Assembly: GCA_013265495.1 (NCBI GenBank)
Contig: MU058221.1
Location: 3,660,001-3,724,000 of the forward strand
Length of the DNA: 64,000 bases
Reading direction: 5' to 3'
Origin: Vicugna vicugna
Lineage: Eukaryota
Within the stretch, counting starts at the first letter, position 1. Each line of letters opens with the position of its first letter. Of this stretch, positions 38,555 through 52,898 are shown one piece after another. The notes below the pieces were generated by a model. That model saw nothing but the letters and a program-made list of their open reading frames with translations. It had not been told where the DNA came from and did not search any database. Made by a program: the position numbers and the translations under genes.

Positions 38555-38775
38555 ATTCAAACTAAGTTTGGTTCAAATCCTTGGCTCTACCAAGTATGAA
38601 CTACAAATTTGGAGAAGGAATTTATAGTTCTAAAACCCAGTTACCATTTCCATAAATTTGAGATACTAATATCTGACACGTTGGGTTGTTATATAGGATA
38701 AAGGAAATAAGGTGCATGAAGTTCATAAAGATTATTACAATATTTGGTACATAAAAATACTTCAAAATGGCAGCT
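38555..38775 (+). mobile_element. MIR SINE
   Basis: ggttcaaatccttggctctacca..gggttgttata.ggataaa..tttggtacata. Confidence 0.7.
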
Positions 38776-39517
38776 CAAGTAAATAGAGAGCTCAACTTGA
38801 ATTTAGCACAATAATATTGTACCTTGTGACTCTAAACTCTGTCTCTCCATCTTCCAAGAAATTTAGACTTGCATTGCTGGATTAATTATTTTAAAAACAC
38901 TTTCCTGTCCTGCTTTTAAATTTAATAATCCAATGACTACTAAGTAACTGCAGAATGATTCCCAATGTTAGATGCAAATAAATAAATAAAACAGAAGAAA
39001 ATCCATGTAGCATTTCAAAGATTTTATGAATAATTTATAGTGTTGCTTGCAAAATTTCAAGTATATAAGAATAAATAAACTTTGATAGTGAAAAAAATCA
39101 GTGGTGTACTCGTAACTAACAGCTCATTTTCCACTATACATATAAAAATTTAATTTAATTTAATTTAATTAATTTAGAAGAATAAGAGAGAGAGAGAGAG
39201 AAAGTTTTTGTATTGTTTAAGTGTTTGTAAACTTTTACTGCGAGTTTACCCTCATTGAGAACTGTACTCCTGCCCCCATTCCCTGGGGAACCCCACTTTC
39301 GCCCAGTCCTGTGAATGAGTTGTGTGTATCCTGTTCCTCAAACACCTGACTGTTTCTGCTGTGGCTTCTTCTGCATGGAATTCTCGAGGAATTTTACCAA
39401 TAGAGAGCTCATGTTTACATTCATTGCCAGGCAAGTGGAGACCTGTATCCCAGATGCAGCATATTTTCAGATTCCTTAGAAGCGGGGTGGTCTTTGCACG
39501 TTGATTACGGATGGAAC

Positions 39518-39850
39518 TGTTAGGCAGTTAAATAGAAATGAGCATCGGGCAGGGGGAGAGTGATGGGAGGGAGTAACCCAGAAAATAACAAGACACCTGC
39601 GCTCAGGATAAGGGGCACGAAGAACTTACTTTCTCTAAATGAGGGCCAGCAAAGAAGCCGGCTAGGATCGAACGCTTGGGCTGTGCAACAGAGAGGGACC
39701 CGGCTTAACTTGACCCAATGCTCATTATAATATAATTAACATTGCAGTTTGCGCCCCCTCCTGCAGGTTTCTCCGTGTGCATGATGGGTAAGAATGTGCC
39801 CAAAAGGGATGGGCATACCTGAGCACCAGGAACTGAGCCATAAATCAGTT
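39518..39850 (+). mobile_element. LTR 5' part (ERV-type), truncated by L1
   Basis: Starts tgttagg; GC-richer U3-like sequence within AT-rich flanks. Confidence 0.45.
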
Positions 39851-39857
39851 TACAGAT

Positions 39858-40041
39858 GATTGAGATTTACAAATGTTAGCCACTATATATAAATTAGATT
39901 TTAAAAATTTCCTGTGGCACAGGGAACAAGATATGTTCAATATCTTGTAATAACCTTTAATGGAAAAAAATATGAAAATGAATATATGTATGTATGTGCA
40001 TGACTGACACATTGTAATTGACTAGTTCAATTTTTAAAAAA
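39858..40041 (+). mobile_element. L1 3' end fragment
   Basis: Reverse complement of the 32521 type: gcacagggaac..aatatcttgtaataacctttaatgg..gcatgactgacacattgtaattgac. Confidence 0.85.
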
Positions 40042-42597
40042 TGTAGCATGTAAGGAATCTGCAATCAAGAAAAAATAATCCTATGGAATAAAATAACAAG
40101 GAGTGGTTTCAAAAAGGGCATTAAGTGCTGGCTCTGTTGTTTATAGTCTGTGCAAAAAATAACAAATAAAAAACCTGAGGCACATACAATTAGTTGAGAA
40201 TAATTAAATACTTAATCTTGTGTTAACAAAGAGAAGTGTCATGCAAGTTCATTAAGATCATTTGTGGACTAGAATAACTAGCGCGAGGTTAATGAGTGAA
40301 AAAAAGAAGTTAGGCCTGGAGGAATGCCAAATAATTATTAATTATAGGTAAGGCTGAATTTGTTCACTTTGAAAAGCAGTATGTTTAAAATGGTCGTGGG
40401 AGTCAGAAAGGGGAGCGCAGCCTGATTTGCTGTTAGTAAAGCTCTCCTGTGGAAGGAGCTGCTCGCTTTGCAAAACTTTATTTTATATTCTTGTTAGTTT
40501 TTTTTTTTGATCTAAAAGAGAAACTTAAGTTTACAGAGCCTCAAGATAAATTAAACGTTGTGTTGTTTTTGACAACTCGCCCAGCAGATTTTCTGAACTG
40601 CTTACTATAAATCATGTCCTGTCAAATATAAATTATTTTTTATCTGCTACCAGGAAGTTTACATAATAAGCCTTTTCTCCAGTCCCTTCTTATCCTTTCC
40701 TTCCTTCTCCTCTCAGTTTTCTCTTAAATATCCATGCCTGTGAAACAGAATTAGCAAAAATGCCCCCCAAAGATGAGGAAGGAGTCGGGAAAATTAGCCA
40801 CCTACGTAGGGCACACGGTGAAAGCTGAGGCTGTGTCTATGAATAGGAGGAGCCCACAGTGTGAGTACAAAGATGTTCATGTTGGGAGGAAAAAGAGAGA
40901 CACTGAGTCACAAATCATATGCCATGAATCCAGAATACAAAAATCTCTTCTCTCTAAATGCCTACAAAACAAATTGTTATATAAAGTTCAGTTTCTCCTT
41001 TCTTGATATCCTCATTTTCCAGACAAGATCCTGAAAAGACACTTATTTTTCTAGAATAGTTAGCCAGGAATATTTATATATAGGAAAGGATAGACTAGTT
41101 TGGGAAAGACTTTAACACAATCATGTTGTATGAGTTCCCTTAAGTTACTAAATTGTTATCCCCTCCCCCCAAAAAGGGAGCCTTTTATAAAGGTAGAAAG
41201 ATGTGTCTGAAACAAAAAGGAAGAAAAGAATGGTAAAAATCTTGACCTCTCTTCCAAGTTACAGTCAGGTTTTCATGAGGTAGTGGAATAAGATGCTTTC
41301 AGGGTTTTAGAAAAAAAGTGGTTATTTGAATTTTATCATCATAAATAAGAGCTATTATATGAAAAAAATCCTTAACAAAACCATATCAAAGAAAACAGAA
41401 AAGAAATCTCATTCTCAAAATGCACCATACTCATAAATTATAATCACTCACCCATAATTACTGATGTGTGGTGAATTTCTTTGGGGAAAAAAAAAAGGGG
41501 AAGAGAATAGTACCTTTTATATACTGAAACTTTTGAAATACTGAGATGTGAATTCCCTGATATTTTTCTAATATTAAAAAGAATTAATCTGGTGAAATTA
41601 CTGAAAATCACTGTAGTTAAGCTCATGAGCTCTCTGGTTCCTCACTGTACAAACACTGAAATGTTCTTTTTTATCAAAATGCACACAGAAAGCGTAGGGC
41701 GACTAGACAGAGACATTGCAAGTACATCTAAATGGCTTGACCTGCTATGTAGATCTGCATTTAATTCTTCTCATGTAAATACCAGCCCAGGGGATATTTT
41801 GAGTGCCAGGTACGGAGAACCATGTCCAGTTAATGTGGGAAGCACAGAAAAGTAATTAGCAAAGTATCTCCTTCTAAAACAAAAGCGTTTGCTGGTTCTC
41901 AGGAAGGATCTTGATTTTATTTGCAATCAACTCCTTAGTCCTTACTAAAAATTTATATAACATTTACTTCTCTATCAATTGAATGCCTCTGGTTTTAACT
42001 GATAAGGTTTACAATGCGGGAAACTTGAAAAGTTACAGTAATTGTTTCACGCCAAAGATCCTCAAATAAAGAGCATTTACTAATAAAAAGTCTACGTGAC
42101 AAATTAAGAAGCTACTTGTAACCACACTTTTTGGAAAATATAAAACCTGGTAAAAAACAAAGCAAACACACTTGAAAATATTATAGTTTCAAATATGAGG
42201 CTTTTTTTTTTTTTTTAATAAACACTAGTTTGAGTCAATGACTGGTGTGATATTTCTGGAGTGGCCATGTCTTGTCAAAGGCTCTTTGTCAAAGATTCTC
42301 ACTGAAGGAAGTGACTTAATGGCTTAAGGCATATGCGAAGGTTCAGTATTACCTTCGTGCTACAGGCGTAGTTTGCATGTGTATAATGCTTAACTTTTTA
42401 CAATGAATATTTTCTTATTTGAGAAAATGTTATAGGCTCTGTCCTATTCAGTCATACTGATAAAATTCTTTAACATTGCAAGGGATTTTATGTCTGATAT
42501 TTATTCATTATTGCATTACATTGGTAACATTGTTTGTGTATTTACAGTATTTCCTTCACCAAACAGAATTAGTAAAATACTGAAAGCTCATCTGTGC

Positions 42598-43058
42598 TGT
42601 CGACTGAAATAAATGTGCAGCCTAAAAGTTGAGTTATGTTTTCTTTGGCAGGAGAACTCGAGCCGGGATGATGGCCTCTCAGATCGCTCTGAGGGACTGC
42701 TCTGAAGAGGTAGGGGAGGGGCTGGGATATACAGGAGCTTTACAGCAACGACCAGGTACTTGGAACAATAAAAGATGACTTGTTATCTAAAGAAAACCAG
42801 GCGTCTCAAGTTAAAGAATTTAGCGCTTTTCTATGTATGGGAGGGAGCAAGCATTTGGGCTCATTGAACCCATTCCTTTGACCAGCACTGAGCTGTCTAG
42901 GGCCATTGTCCTGTCCTTTCTTGTTCCGAGTCCCCTCCGGGGGCACCGTGCTGAGTGGCTGCAGAGGCCGGGCTGCGGCTGGTCTTCACTGGGGGGGTGG
43001 CTTGATGGCTTCAGCATTCTTTGTTCGCTGATGTGGTTCACAGTATTTTTCGTCCACA
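42598..43058 (-). mobile_element. Complete ERV1-class solo LTR (MER41-like cetartiodactyl family, tentative name)
   Basis: TG...CA termini, 461 bp, exact 4-bp TSD gtgc at 42594-42597 and 43059-43062. Confidence 0.88.
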
Positions 43059-43134
43059 GTGCCAATGTAGAATGGATACACACACTGTAATAACTATAGT
43101 TTGTAATTTATTTATTTAATGGACAAATAAGGTT

Positions 43135-43610
43135 GATGGGTTACTTGCTATTGTTGCATAAGGAAGCACTTCAAAATTCAGTAGCTTTAAATCCCAGTCA
43201 TTTATCCCACCTTGTCGGTCTGCTAGGTGCCTGGGGTTTGTTCGCGTTGACTGGACTGCCAGGAAGTTCTGCTTCGAGCCGTAGGGTCTGACTAGAATTG
43301 GTAGATTGGCTTCATTTCTATTCTACATATTCTCATTTTGGGGCCAGGTCATAAGAGGCAGGGGAAGAAGTTGTTATGCTGAAGGCAGGGACCTTAGAGG
43401 GCAAACCCAAACCCTTAAAAACATTTCAAGCCGGTGCTTAAATCACGTACATTAACATCACATTTTCCAAGCTTTTCACAAAGTCAATCCTGAAGCCAAA
43501 GGTCAGCGTGGTATTCCTACCAGAAGACCGAGGCAAGGCATTTGGTGCAGTCCAACACAGTGTATCCGAGAAGCAGTCTGCGTGGAGATGGGGTAGAAGC
43601 TGAAATAGAC
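43135..43610 (-). mobile_element. Old MaLR LTR (MLT1J/K-like)
   Basis: gctattgttgcataag..cttcaaaattcagtagctt; acatttcaagcc..atcac..aacatcacatt..aagccaaaggtca. Confidence 0.65.
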
Positions 43611-43775
43611 AGGTGTGCCTGTGTGTGTGACATCAAATCTGATGTTACTTTTTGTAAACAAAAGTTGTCATTTCTAAGACCATACGTTTTACGAGTGCCA
43701 GTTTGCATTACTGACTTCTCGACTTTTACGGTCTCTCTATAATAAAATAATGCCTCATCTTGCATTGGTATTAAG

Positions 43776-44128
43776 TGTCAAAGAGAAATACAATTAATTG
43801 AGCTTGATCAAATTCTAAGTCTAGCTGAACGTGCTACAGTTTGAGAACCGGGCAGCACACATCGAAAGCCACGTTCGATGCTCGGCTGAAAGCAGGCTGT
43901 CTTAAGATCAACTATTTATTGGCTAAAAGCAGGAAATTTTGGGCCTCTTCTGATTGGTTGAGTTCATGACTTTCCAGAAATGTCATCATGGTGTGGGGTG
44001 ACTTGGGAGAAATGGAGGCTTTGAGGAAAATGCTAAGCTAAAGTTTCGTTTCTTGACCTGTGTGCAGCCCTGAGGTCCATCATTGCAGGTTTTGCCAACG
44101 TGCCTCCATTTTGAACTCATTTCATACA
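43776..44128 (-). mobile_element. ERV1-class LTR (MER31/MER67-like)
   Basis: tgtcaaag start, gaaccgggcagc, ctgattgg (antisense CCAAT), end cctccatttt..aca. Confidence 0.55.
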
Positions 44129-44156
44129 GGTGTTTGGGCCAAAATTGTTTCTGCTT

Positions 44157-44182
44157 TGTGTGTGTGTGTGTGTGTGTGTGTG
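44157..44182. repeat. (TG)n microsatellite
   Basis: Directly visible. Confidence 0.95.
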
Positions 44183-45639
44183 ATACAAGGCATTTCATTG
44201 TAGGCCAATACTCTTTCATCTGAGAGCCCAGCCCCTCCCCATTTTTCTTACACAGTCATTGGCTACTGGTTGACATTATTTTTCCATCTAAAAATTAAAA
44301 ACAAAATAGGTATGGCTAATTTTAGTTAACAGACGAGATAGCTGCTTAAGTGCTTCAAATTCTTACCATTTAAAATCTGTGCAACAAACAAAGAGGTGGG
44401 CATGTCTATGACCCCCATCTTACAGAGGATGATGCTGGGATTTCTAAAGTTTTGGGGTTTTTTTGTTTTGGGGGTTTTTTTTTTACACCAAGTCAGAATT
44501 CCAAGTCCGTGGGTGAGCTTGTACTTGAGTGTTATGTCTGTGAGACCAGAGCTATGCTGCTAATGGCTATGAATTCTGTGGTCTTTTACTAGCTTGCTTC
44601 TGCCTGTTAGAACTCATCTCAATTCAGGTAATTTTTTTTTTACAACATATTTAAGATACAGGTTCTTTCCTTGCACCTTGGAATTGGTTCACATCTTTTT
44701 ACCAACTGACCATAATCAGAAAAACTAATATTTTAAAATTTGCATTTCACGTACATTGGAATGATCACCACAGACATCATGTTTTTAATCAGTTTTCTCT
44801 TCCTTTTCCAAATTCTCTATGCATATTTCAAGTATATTTCAGATAGCTATGTTGTGTATGCAAACAGGAACTGTGAGCTTCATAGAATACAAAATTTCAG
44901 GATGCATTAGTAATTCTTGCCCAGTGATATCTTTCTTAGATGAATCAGGAATGAATACAGTGCTACATTCTTAAATTATCTTTTGCTATCTTGGTTTTAG
45001 AGGTAAGACAATATTACCATTAATAAATTTAACAAATATTTATTCACATTTTATGATCTATAAGATCTATATGCATTTAAATGATACCCAGATCTTGACA
45101 AAAGAGAAAAACAGAGACTTAAAATTACTGGAAATAATCAATTTCAAAATATCTTAGTTCAGTCTAAATGCATGATAGATCTCTCACTGGAGATACAAGT
45201 TCTTTACATAGTTCATATGACTTGGATTAGACAAAATTCCTGCCTTTACATGGCCATCCTCACCCGTAACCTAGCTGACTCACACAAAGTTATTTCTGAA
45301 TATTTCACCTTCCTTTCTTATATTAAAGTGCATTATTTGTCTGATATCTGTATGCTTGTTAACAGAAAGAGACTATTAAGACTGCCTGTGGCCCTTTTGT
45401 CTCGTTTACTTACAGGATTTTGGTTACATTGTCAAGATCAAGTTGACCTGTTTCCATCTCTACCCTTTGAACAGGATTTTTTGTCTTTACTTGAAGTCTT
45501 ATTTATTTTTTAATTCATTCACTCAATAAGCATTTTCTTAGCACCTGGTACTCTCAGAATATTATGTTAAACACTCTAAGTGATGCACAGTAAATATGAT
45601 ATTCTTTCTTCATAGGAGACATCACGAGATGTCTAAAAA

Positions 45640-45850
45640 TGCATGGCTTGCTTCTCTTTTAATTCTGGCTCTGCCGCATACTTCTAGAGTCCTGTTTCAC
45701 AAGTTCTTTTACTTTCATTATGTTTCCTTGCTTGTAAATTGGAGATGGTAATATTTATTGTTAGGAAGATCAAGGGCGTCAATACAAATATTTAGTTAAG
45801 TCAGTGCCTTGCATATGATGAGCTGCAAAATATGTTCAGCTATGCTTAAG
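45640..45850 (+). mobile_element. MIR SINE
   Basis: aattctggctctgcc..tttccttgcttgtaaattggagatggtaata..cagtgccttgcata. Confidence 0.65.
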
Positions 45851-48493
45851 TCTATAGTGGAAAATATTAATATATGTACTATAACATTTCACTGAAAATT
45901 TGGAGGATAATGGGATTGTTTGTAACTGAGTAGTTAAGGGAAGGCTTCGTCAAGAAAATGGCACTTGTTCTGATCTTTGCAAATGAACTGATGATGACAA
46001 TCAGTTAATTCCTTACATTCATAATGGACACATCATTTAGTATTACCTCCTTCTCAGTTTTACTGGTGATTTCAATATGGTAATATGCTCCAATGAACTC
46101 TGTAAATGATAAATTGTTCCATAAACAGGGATTCTACTTAATGATGTTAATTCTTACTCCATTCCTCGTCTAGGAAATCCACTTTACTTCTGCTTTTCCA
46201 AAGTCATGGTGAACATGCTATATTTATAACATTTAATTTTTAAAATATGGGTATAAATAAACTGGTGAATTCTGTGAGTCAGAGTTCTTATCTTATTGAA
46301 CCAACATTAAACATCACCCCGGGGGTAGAAGCTCTCACTGTCGCCTGAAAAGTCCTTATGTCACGGGACCCCTTCCTCTTTCGTGTGCCTTACTGTGTCG
46401 GTGTAGATTATCTTGTCTTAGATAAAATGAGACAACCCATTGATGTACAACTGATCTTATCCCACGGCCATGTTTCTGGGGAAATGCGCCCACATACACA
46501 CAGTGCTCGACCACTGATTGTACCTGGGAGAGAGAACCCACTCTTCCTGAGCCCAGACCACTTGGGAACATGAGAGAATTGCTCTGAAATAAACCATGGC
46601 TTGCCTGAGAGATACCTGGCTGGTTGTCGTAGAATTTTGTGCTTGGATAGTTCTAGCTGAATTTCAAATGGACGTTCTGCACAAGTCTTACGAAGAAAGG
46701 GGGCGAGAAAAAGCAAAGCTAAACCAACACTTTATTTTCTCTTGCGCTTCCAGGATCCCTCCTTTGTTTTTCTCTCCCTTTTCTCCAGCACATCTTAAGA
46801 TGAGGACGGAAGAAAAAATATTAGCATCCATGATATGCTATTATGTGGCAGAGCAGTGTCTTATTACATCCTTCACCTTTAATTCAGTGTAGGAAGATGC
46901 CTTCCCAATTTATTTTACTAAGTTCTTATAAATACATGGCATCTTATTAGCGAAAGAATTTAGAGTTTAATAGACGTAAGGTCAATGATGACAAAAATGG
47001 CAAAATAAAATTAGGAATATATTAAAAATCTCATGTATCCTGTATTTGAACAGCCGAACATGCGAAAAAAATGTTCTAATAGACAAGTTATCTTTTTTAA
47101 TAGTAAGAAAATATGGTAGCCTGGAGAAATGCTATGGAAACCACCTGATGCCCTTTAAGTAAACACCCTAAACAGTGATTCCCCAATAACCTTCAAGGAT
47201 AAAAGGAGAACTGCTTTCAATCACTACAACTATTTTTCAATATTTTATTCAACAAATTCATATATATATTTAGTTATTATTCTGTACCTGGAAATCTAAA
47301 GAGACTGAAGCTATGGTAAGGAATAACAATAACCAAACCATAATAAAAGAAACCACAAAACAAGATGCCCCCACGATACTGTCCCAGCGTTCGGTTACTG
47401 AAGCCACTAGGAAGGACTGTAAGGTAAGTGTTTCGAACTCCATTTTACCTTTGAGAATTTCAGTGATGGTAACTGGACCTCTGTATAGAATGGAACCTGG
47501 GTCTCTATATACTTAGACTAAGATTCTGTTTAAGCTGCCCCTCCCTGACCATCAGAATTTCTCAAATTACTAACACCATTTTCCATCCAGTTACCCTTCT
47601 TGTCTCACGAGCGTGGATGACTTCTCAAGAAATCTGAGGCATTCACATTTCTTCCAGCCACTTTAATCTCCAGACTTTAACACAGCGCCTGGATTTTTAG
47701 AAGCACTTAATAAATATTTGATGGCATCCCTCATTATAAAAAAGTTTTTCAAGTCGCTCTCCATTCTTTCACTTTCCTGGGATAGACCGTTCTGCAGAGA
47801 GACTTTATGTAACATTAAACCAAGGGACTTGGTGTCTTGATCATGAAAGGCCACAGACAGATGGCAAGTCTTTTCCGAAAGTGGAAGAAAGCACATGTAT
47901 TTTCATTCATTTGTGCTGTCTGCTGTGGCCAAGAACATCCTGCAGATGAAAGGATCAATATTTTTGAGCCGCAGACTTAGCCTCAAATGTAAAAGCATTA
48001 CTGGAGTGCAGTGTTTTGAAGCCAAAAGTAAAAGGAAGGGGAAAAATGCTTCTATAAAATTTCAATCTAATTCTTTTTCTTTTCTAAGAGTACTTTTCAC
48101 TCCATGTTAACAGCGTTATTGGAAATGGACAGCATTGTAACTAGGGTATTAAGTAAATAAGATTAATGTGAAAATGTAATCGAAATAACGCAGAATGTGG
48201 TGTATAATTGTGAAGAAATAAGAATCATTACTTTTACACCAAAAAAAAAAAAAAAAAGAAGTAAGACTCCTGTTGAGATTAGCATTTCCAAAGGGACTGA
48301 ATCTTTAAAAGGATTTAAGTTTCAAACTCACAAGTGGATTAAACCACGGTAAGAGAGAAACTCAAATATCTTGCCTGCCTGTGAAATGTGTTTTACAAGA
48401 TATTCCCTGGATGAATATAGTAAAGAACATAGGTATTCACGATGGCTTTAGAAAAATGTAGCTTTGAAATTTTAATGCTATTTGTCCAATTCT

Positions 48494-48562
48494 CCCTCCC
48501 TTTCTCTTTCCCTCTCTCTCCTCTCTCCCTCTCTCTCACACACACATACGCAATATATATAT
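48494..48562. repeat. (CT)n-(CA)n-(TA)n compound microsatellite
   Basis: Directly visible. Confidence 0.85.
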
Positions 48563-49661
48563 TGACCTTGATTCACAATGTTCAGGATATATTCTGTGGT
48601 TGATTTTATCCACTACTCCCCACTCTCATTATGCTACTCATTTGTTTTCCTGTGACCTGTTAGCTTAATTTTTGATGACCAGTTTGCTTGCTTGTTTCTA
48701 ACATCATAAAATTATATTCTCAGACCCTGGAACTCAGGAGAGGGAGAGAATTCTGCATAACTCGCAGCCACTCTCCCAATCACCTTTGCCAAGAAATTCC
48801 CCAAGATTCGAGCTCAAATACTGCTGTAATTAAGGATTATCCAGATGGCCCCGTAGTGCTTCCACTTTTGAAGCTATGAAAGGCCCCTGTCATTAGAGTA
48901 AATTCATCACACTGAAGGACAAGTGCTACGCTCGCGAATTAAAATCAGTCAGTTTTGCCCCGGGCACCTCTGGGTACCATATTTCCTATTGCTTCAGGTC
49001 CCCCTAAAACTTCCTTGTCCCTCTTGACATTTTTTTTTAGGAAAGAAAGTAAATGATTTATGGTCCCCGAGCCCCACATTATTTCAAATACTTAAGCTGT
49101 AAAGGTTTTCAACAATGTAAGACAGAGGAATGATGAGAATCAAGGAGTTGCAGGTGTCACCAGCTTGACAAGGACAAAGGAGAACCCTCCAGCTTCCACC
49201 CCTGGGGCGTAGCTGAGCTTTGATTCTGCCCATGCAGTGGTGGGGGGGAGTAGAGAAACATCCCGAAACACGCTTCTCAGGAAAGCCTTTGAACTTGTCT
49301 TCCCTGAAAGAAAGTCACACCTTAATGCACTTTCTTAGTGAGCATTTACTTCTCCCAGTAGGTTGTAGTGGTCCCTTCTTTGTGTGATGCAAGGTTTCTG
49401 GGAGGAGAAAACTCTGCTCACGGATCACTATGAACTTGTATCATGGTCAACCCTCTATTTCATGTCCTTGCCATTTGCTTTAAAGGCTTAGTTTTGAAAT
49501 GCCCTGGTGACACCAAAGAATCTAGTGAATTTACAGCAAAGTCATGGCATCTTGGTGTAGACAAACTGATCTTTGCGAATGGACTATCAAAACCCTAGCT
49601 GACATGGAATGTTGAAGCTGGTTATGCTTCTCACAGTGATAATCCTGGAGAATCACAGTGA

Positions 49662-49751
49662 TTTTTTTTTAATGTATTGATGTATATAGTCAGCTACAAT
49701 GTGTCAGTGTCTGGTGTACAGCGTAATGTTCCAGCCATGTATATACATACA
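49662..49751 (-). mobile_element. Very short L1 3' end
   Basis: T-run then gtattga..agtcagctacaatgtgtcagtgtctggtgtacagcgtaatg. Confidence 0.8.
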
Positions 49752-50021
49752 CCTTCCCTCCCCACGGCTCGCTAACCCAGGAACAAGTATTTTCTCTCAT
49801 CGTATCTTACTATTTTCCTTTAAAATATTTACGAATATTTGAAATTATTCAGTTTATTTACATAGTTAATTTTTCAATGTTTGGTGCCTCCACTATCCAA
49901 AAATCTCCACAAATGTTAGGACAGTATATTTCTTACCCTTGCATGGAACAGTCAATGTGCAGCACAATTCTTGAGACAGAATAAGTGCATGCAGTAGATG
50001 AATGAGTGAATGAATGAATGA
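49752..50021 (+). mobile_element. L2 3' end
   Basis: Ends in gaatgagtgaatgaatgaatga, the (TGAA)n L2 tail. Confidence 0.65.
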
Positions 50022-50346
50022 TGCAGTAGGTCTAGATCTCATTTGCATTCACATATTTGTTTTCTTATGCTATTTTGTCTTTATGTGAAAACAGAGTTTT
50101 GAATTAATACCTCTTTTTGGTGGCTGAGATACATATTTTTCTCCTCTTTTATGCAAAGAAATGTTATTTTATATGAGTGCGTCCTCTTATTTCTTTAAAT
50201 CTTCACGTCTCTGTTTCTAAAATTAGTGTTAAATTTGATTCGTTCTAAAGGAAAGTAATCCATTCCTCTCTTTCTTTTGCCACCAGTGACTAGAAGATGG
50301 CTCTACGTGAATCTTTAGAAAGCTCGGTCCTCCATGGACATCTTTC

Positions 50347-50560
50347 TTTCTTTCTTTCTTTTTTTAACGTTTTTTATTGATTTATAATCATTTTACAATG
50401 TTGTGTCAAATTCCAGTGTAGAGCACAATTTTTCAGTTATACATGAGCATACATATAATCATTGTCACATTTTTTTCTTTGTGAGCTACCACAAGATCTT
50501 GTGTATATTTCCCTGTGCTACGCAGTATAATCTTGTTTATCTATTCTACATTTTGAAATC
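50347..50560 (-). mobile_element. Young 5'-truncated L1 3' end
   Basis: Exact TSD catctttc at 50339-50346 and 50561-50568; near-identical to the copy at 55267. Confidence 0.92.
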
Positions 50561-51475
50561 CATCTTTCACTGTGGTTAAAACCAGGGCAGGTCGAATGAA
50601 ACCCAGTCAGTTCTTACTCACTGGCTAAATAAATGAGCATGACAAGGGGCATATGTAAATAAAACCTTTGTACATCTGAATCCGAATTCAGTTCTTTTAC
50701 CTTTATGATACTACCAGCAAGTTCAGCATGCAGAGCTGCATTTGCTTTCTAGATCTTACACACTTGATGGGAAAACAGAAAACAGACAAATTCCTAAATA
50801 ATATGATTTCAGGCAGTAAATCACATACTGTTTGCTTGAATTCTGTTCTTCATTCATAGATTTTTGCACCCTCTCGTATTTTTCTACTTGATGTTTCCTG
50901 TGCAGAAACCAAGTATTCTCGGTTTCAAGGATATGATATTTCTCTATGCAATAAAAAATACATATTGAAATATATATATATGTGTATAAATACCCTGCAA
51001 ATCTTTATTTAAATTAGTTTATAAAATGATTTATCCAAACTGAAGTATTGTTTCCTCAAAGCTGGTTTTTAAAGTTTCTTAGTTTAGATGATGGATGGTC
51101 ACAAAGAAAATGATAAATGTACTGGTCCTCCTCCTCAGAAGACATAAAGAAGAGCCTGCAACAAAATTTGAGAGTAAAATTCTCAAAGAAGCACTTCGTA
51201 AAATTCTCAGAGAGAAGAACAGAACAGGAAGTTAAACTGAAGTGCACTGTCACGTTCAATAATTTTTCCGAGGACACATTTAGATAGCATTATTTTCCTG
51301 GACTTCCTTCTATTAGTATAAGTGTATTCTGGGTTTAAAAAAAAAAGCAAATAATTGATCACGAAGAATAAACAAAAATAGAAAGAATTACATTAACCCA
51401 AAACACCTATTCAAATGCCTTCAATAAATGTTGATTTAATATCACTGTGGTGTAGTAAAACATTACCCTCCTTAC

Positions 51476-51816
51476 TGTCTTAGTTCTATTTGGGCGGCTA
51501 TAATAAAATACATAAGGTAGGTGGCTTATACACAGAAATTCTTGCAATTCTGGAGTCTGAGCAGTTCAAGATCTTGGCACTGGTAGATTCCATGTCAGCT
51601 GAGGACCTGCTTCCTCTTTGACTGCTGTCTTCCCACTGTCACCCACACTGGGGAGGAGGTGAGCCAGCTCTCCGCGATCACTGTTATAATTTCAGTCTTG
51701 AGGGCTCTGTCCTCATGACCTCATCAACTCCCAAAGGACCCATCGCCAAATACCATCACGTGACGGATTGAGATTTCAGCAGATGAAATGTGGGGGGACA
51801 TATTCAGGCCATAACA
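51476..51816 (-). mobile_element. MaLR solo LTR (MLT1A-like)
   Basis: tgtcttagt..ttcaagatcttggcactggtagattc..cctcatgacc..cccaaagg..ggggggaca..ccataaca. Confidence 0.88.
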
Positions 51817-52502
51817 GTTATTGCTCATTGTCAAGCACTACACCAGTAGTTTCAAACCTACCCTGTGTGCATTTGCACGCATGGATATGACTCATGCGAA
51901 AGTTAGGCTAAAATGTCGATGCAAAAATCTGCATTACTAAGATGGCACTTGCTTTTAAAGACTGCAGATAGAGAAAAAGATGTCAGAATTAGAGCAAAAT
52001 GTAGACTCCTGGGAGAAAGCTACTGGCTTTTTTAAAGCTAGAGAAATGAATAAGAAGTGTATTCTGGAAATAGATCAGCTTTAAACATTTGTAAGGAGAT
52101 GTCTACACAGTACAGACACACTTTAAGTCAATGTGGGCAGAAGAAGCATTTCTGATATTTGGAGGTATAATAATTATTTATTAAGAAAGAAAAATGAGGT
52201 CTTTATTTTTCTTCATTCTCTGAGAAAAGCAAGAAAGAACACATAATTAAAGACCGAAGCGTTATTTCCAGTGAGCCTTCCTAGGTGAATCATAACGTTA
52301 GGCATGAAATGAAAGTATGAAATCCATGCCTTCTTCGTGATGTCATGAATTACCTTGACTCTGAGGGTTTGAAGACAGTGATCTTTCATTTCTCAGGAAT
52401 GATTTGGGACGTATGCTACTTGGTTCCGGAAATCCTAGGGGCTATTTCCAACCTTCCTGTGCCTAAGGGTCTGAAAATGTCCTCTCTCTTCCCACAAGTC
52501 GA

Positions 52503-52652
52503 ACTGTGCTTTGAGACCAGAGGCACTGGCAGCACCTGGGAGCTTTTTGAAATGTAGACTCTCGGGCCTCTTCTGACTCTAGTGAATCCAACTCTGTAGT
52601 TAAACAAGATTCCCAGGCCATTTGCATGCGATTTAAAATTGGAAAAGCGCTG
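52503..52652. mobile_element. MER5-like hAT-Charlie DNA transposon
   Basis: gcagcacctgggagctt..gaaatgtagactctcgggcc..aacaagattcccagg..aaaattggaaaagcgctg. Confidence 0.8.
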
Positions 52653-52898
52653 AAGCCTAGGGAAACATGTACTTTAAGCAGAAAAACCTGCAGTCAAAGT
52701 CCAGTTTTTGATAGAAAGTCGTGCAATTAAAATCTGGTTCGACTGTTTACAACATAGTGATTTTTGTAGAAAATCTACTACTATCCATGATAGTAATGAT
52801 AACATTAAAAATGTCAGTGAACTAGAAGCAACAACAAATAATGATATAAAAGTAAAAAGCATAGTAATAAAAACAACAGCTTGTCATTTTTAGTTCTT

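Noticed and set aside
46356..46892. Overlapping ORFs on both strands, possible processed pseudogene
   Set aside because: No recognisable protein similarity, poly(A) tail or TSD
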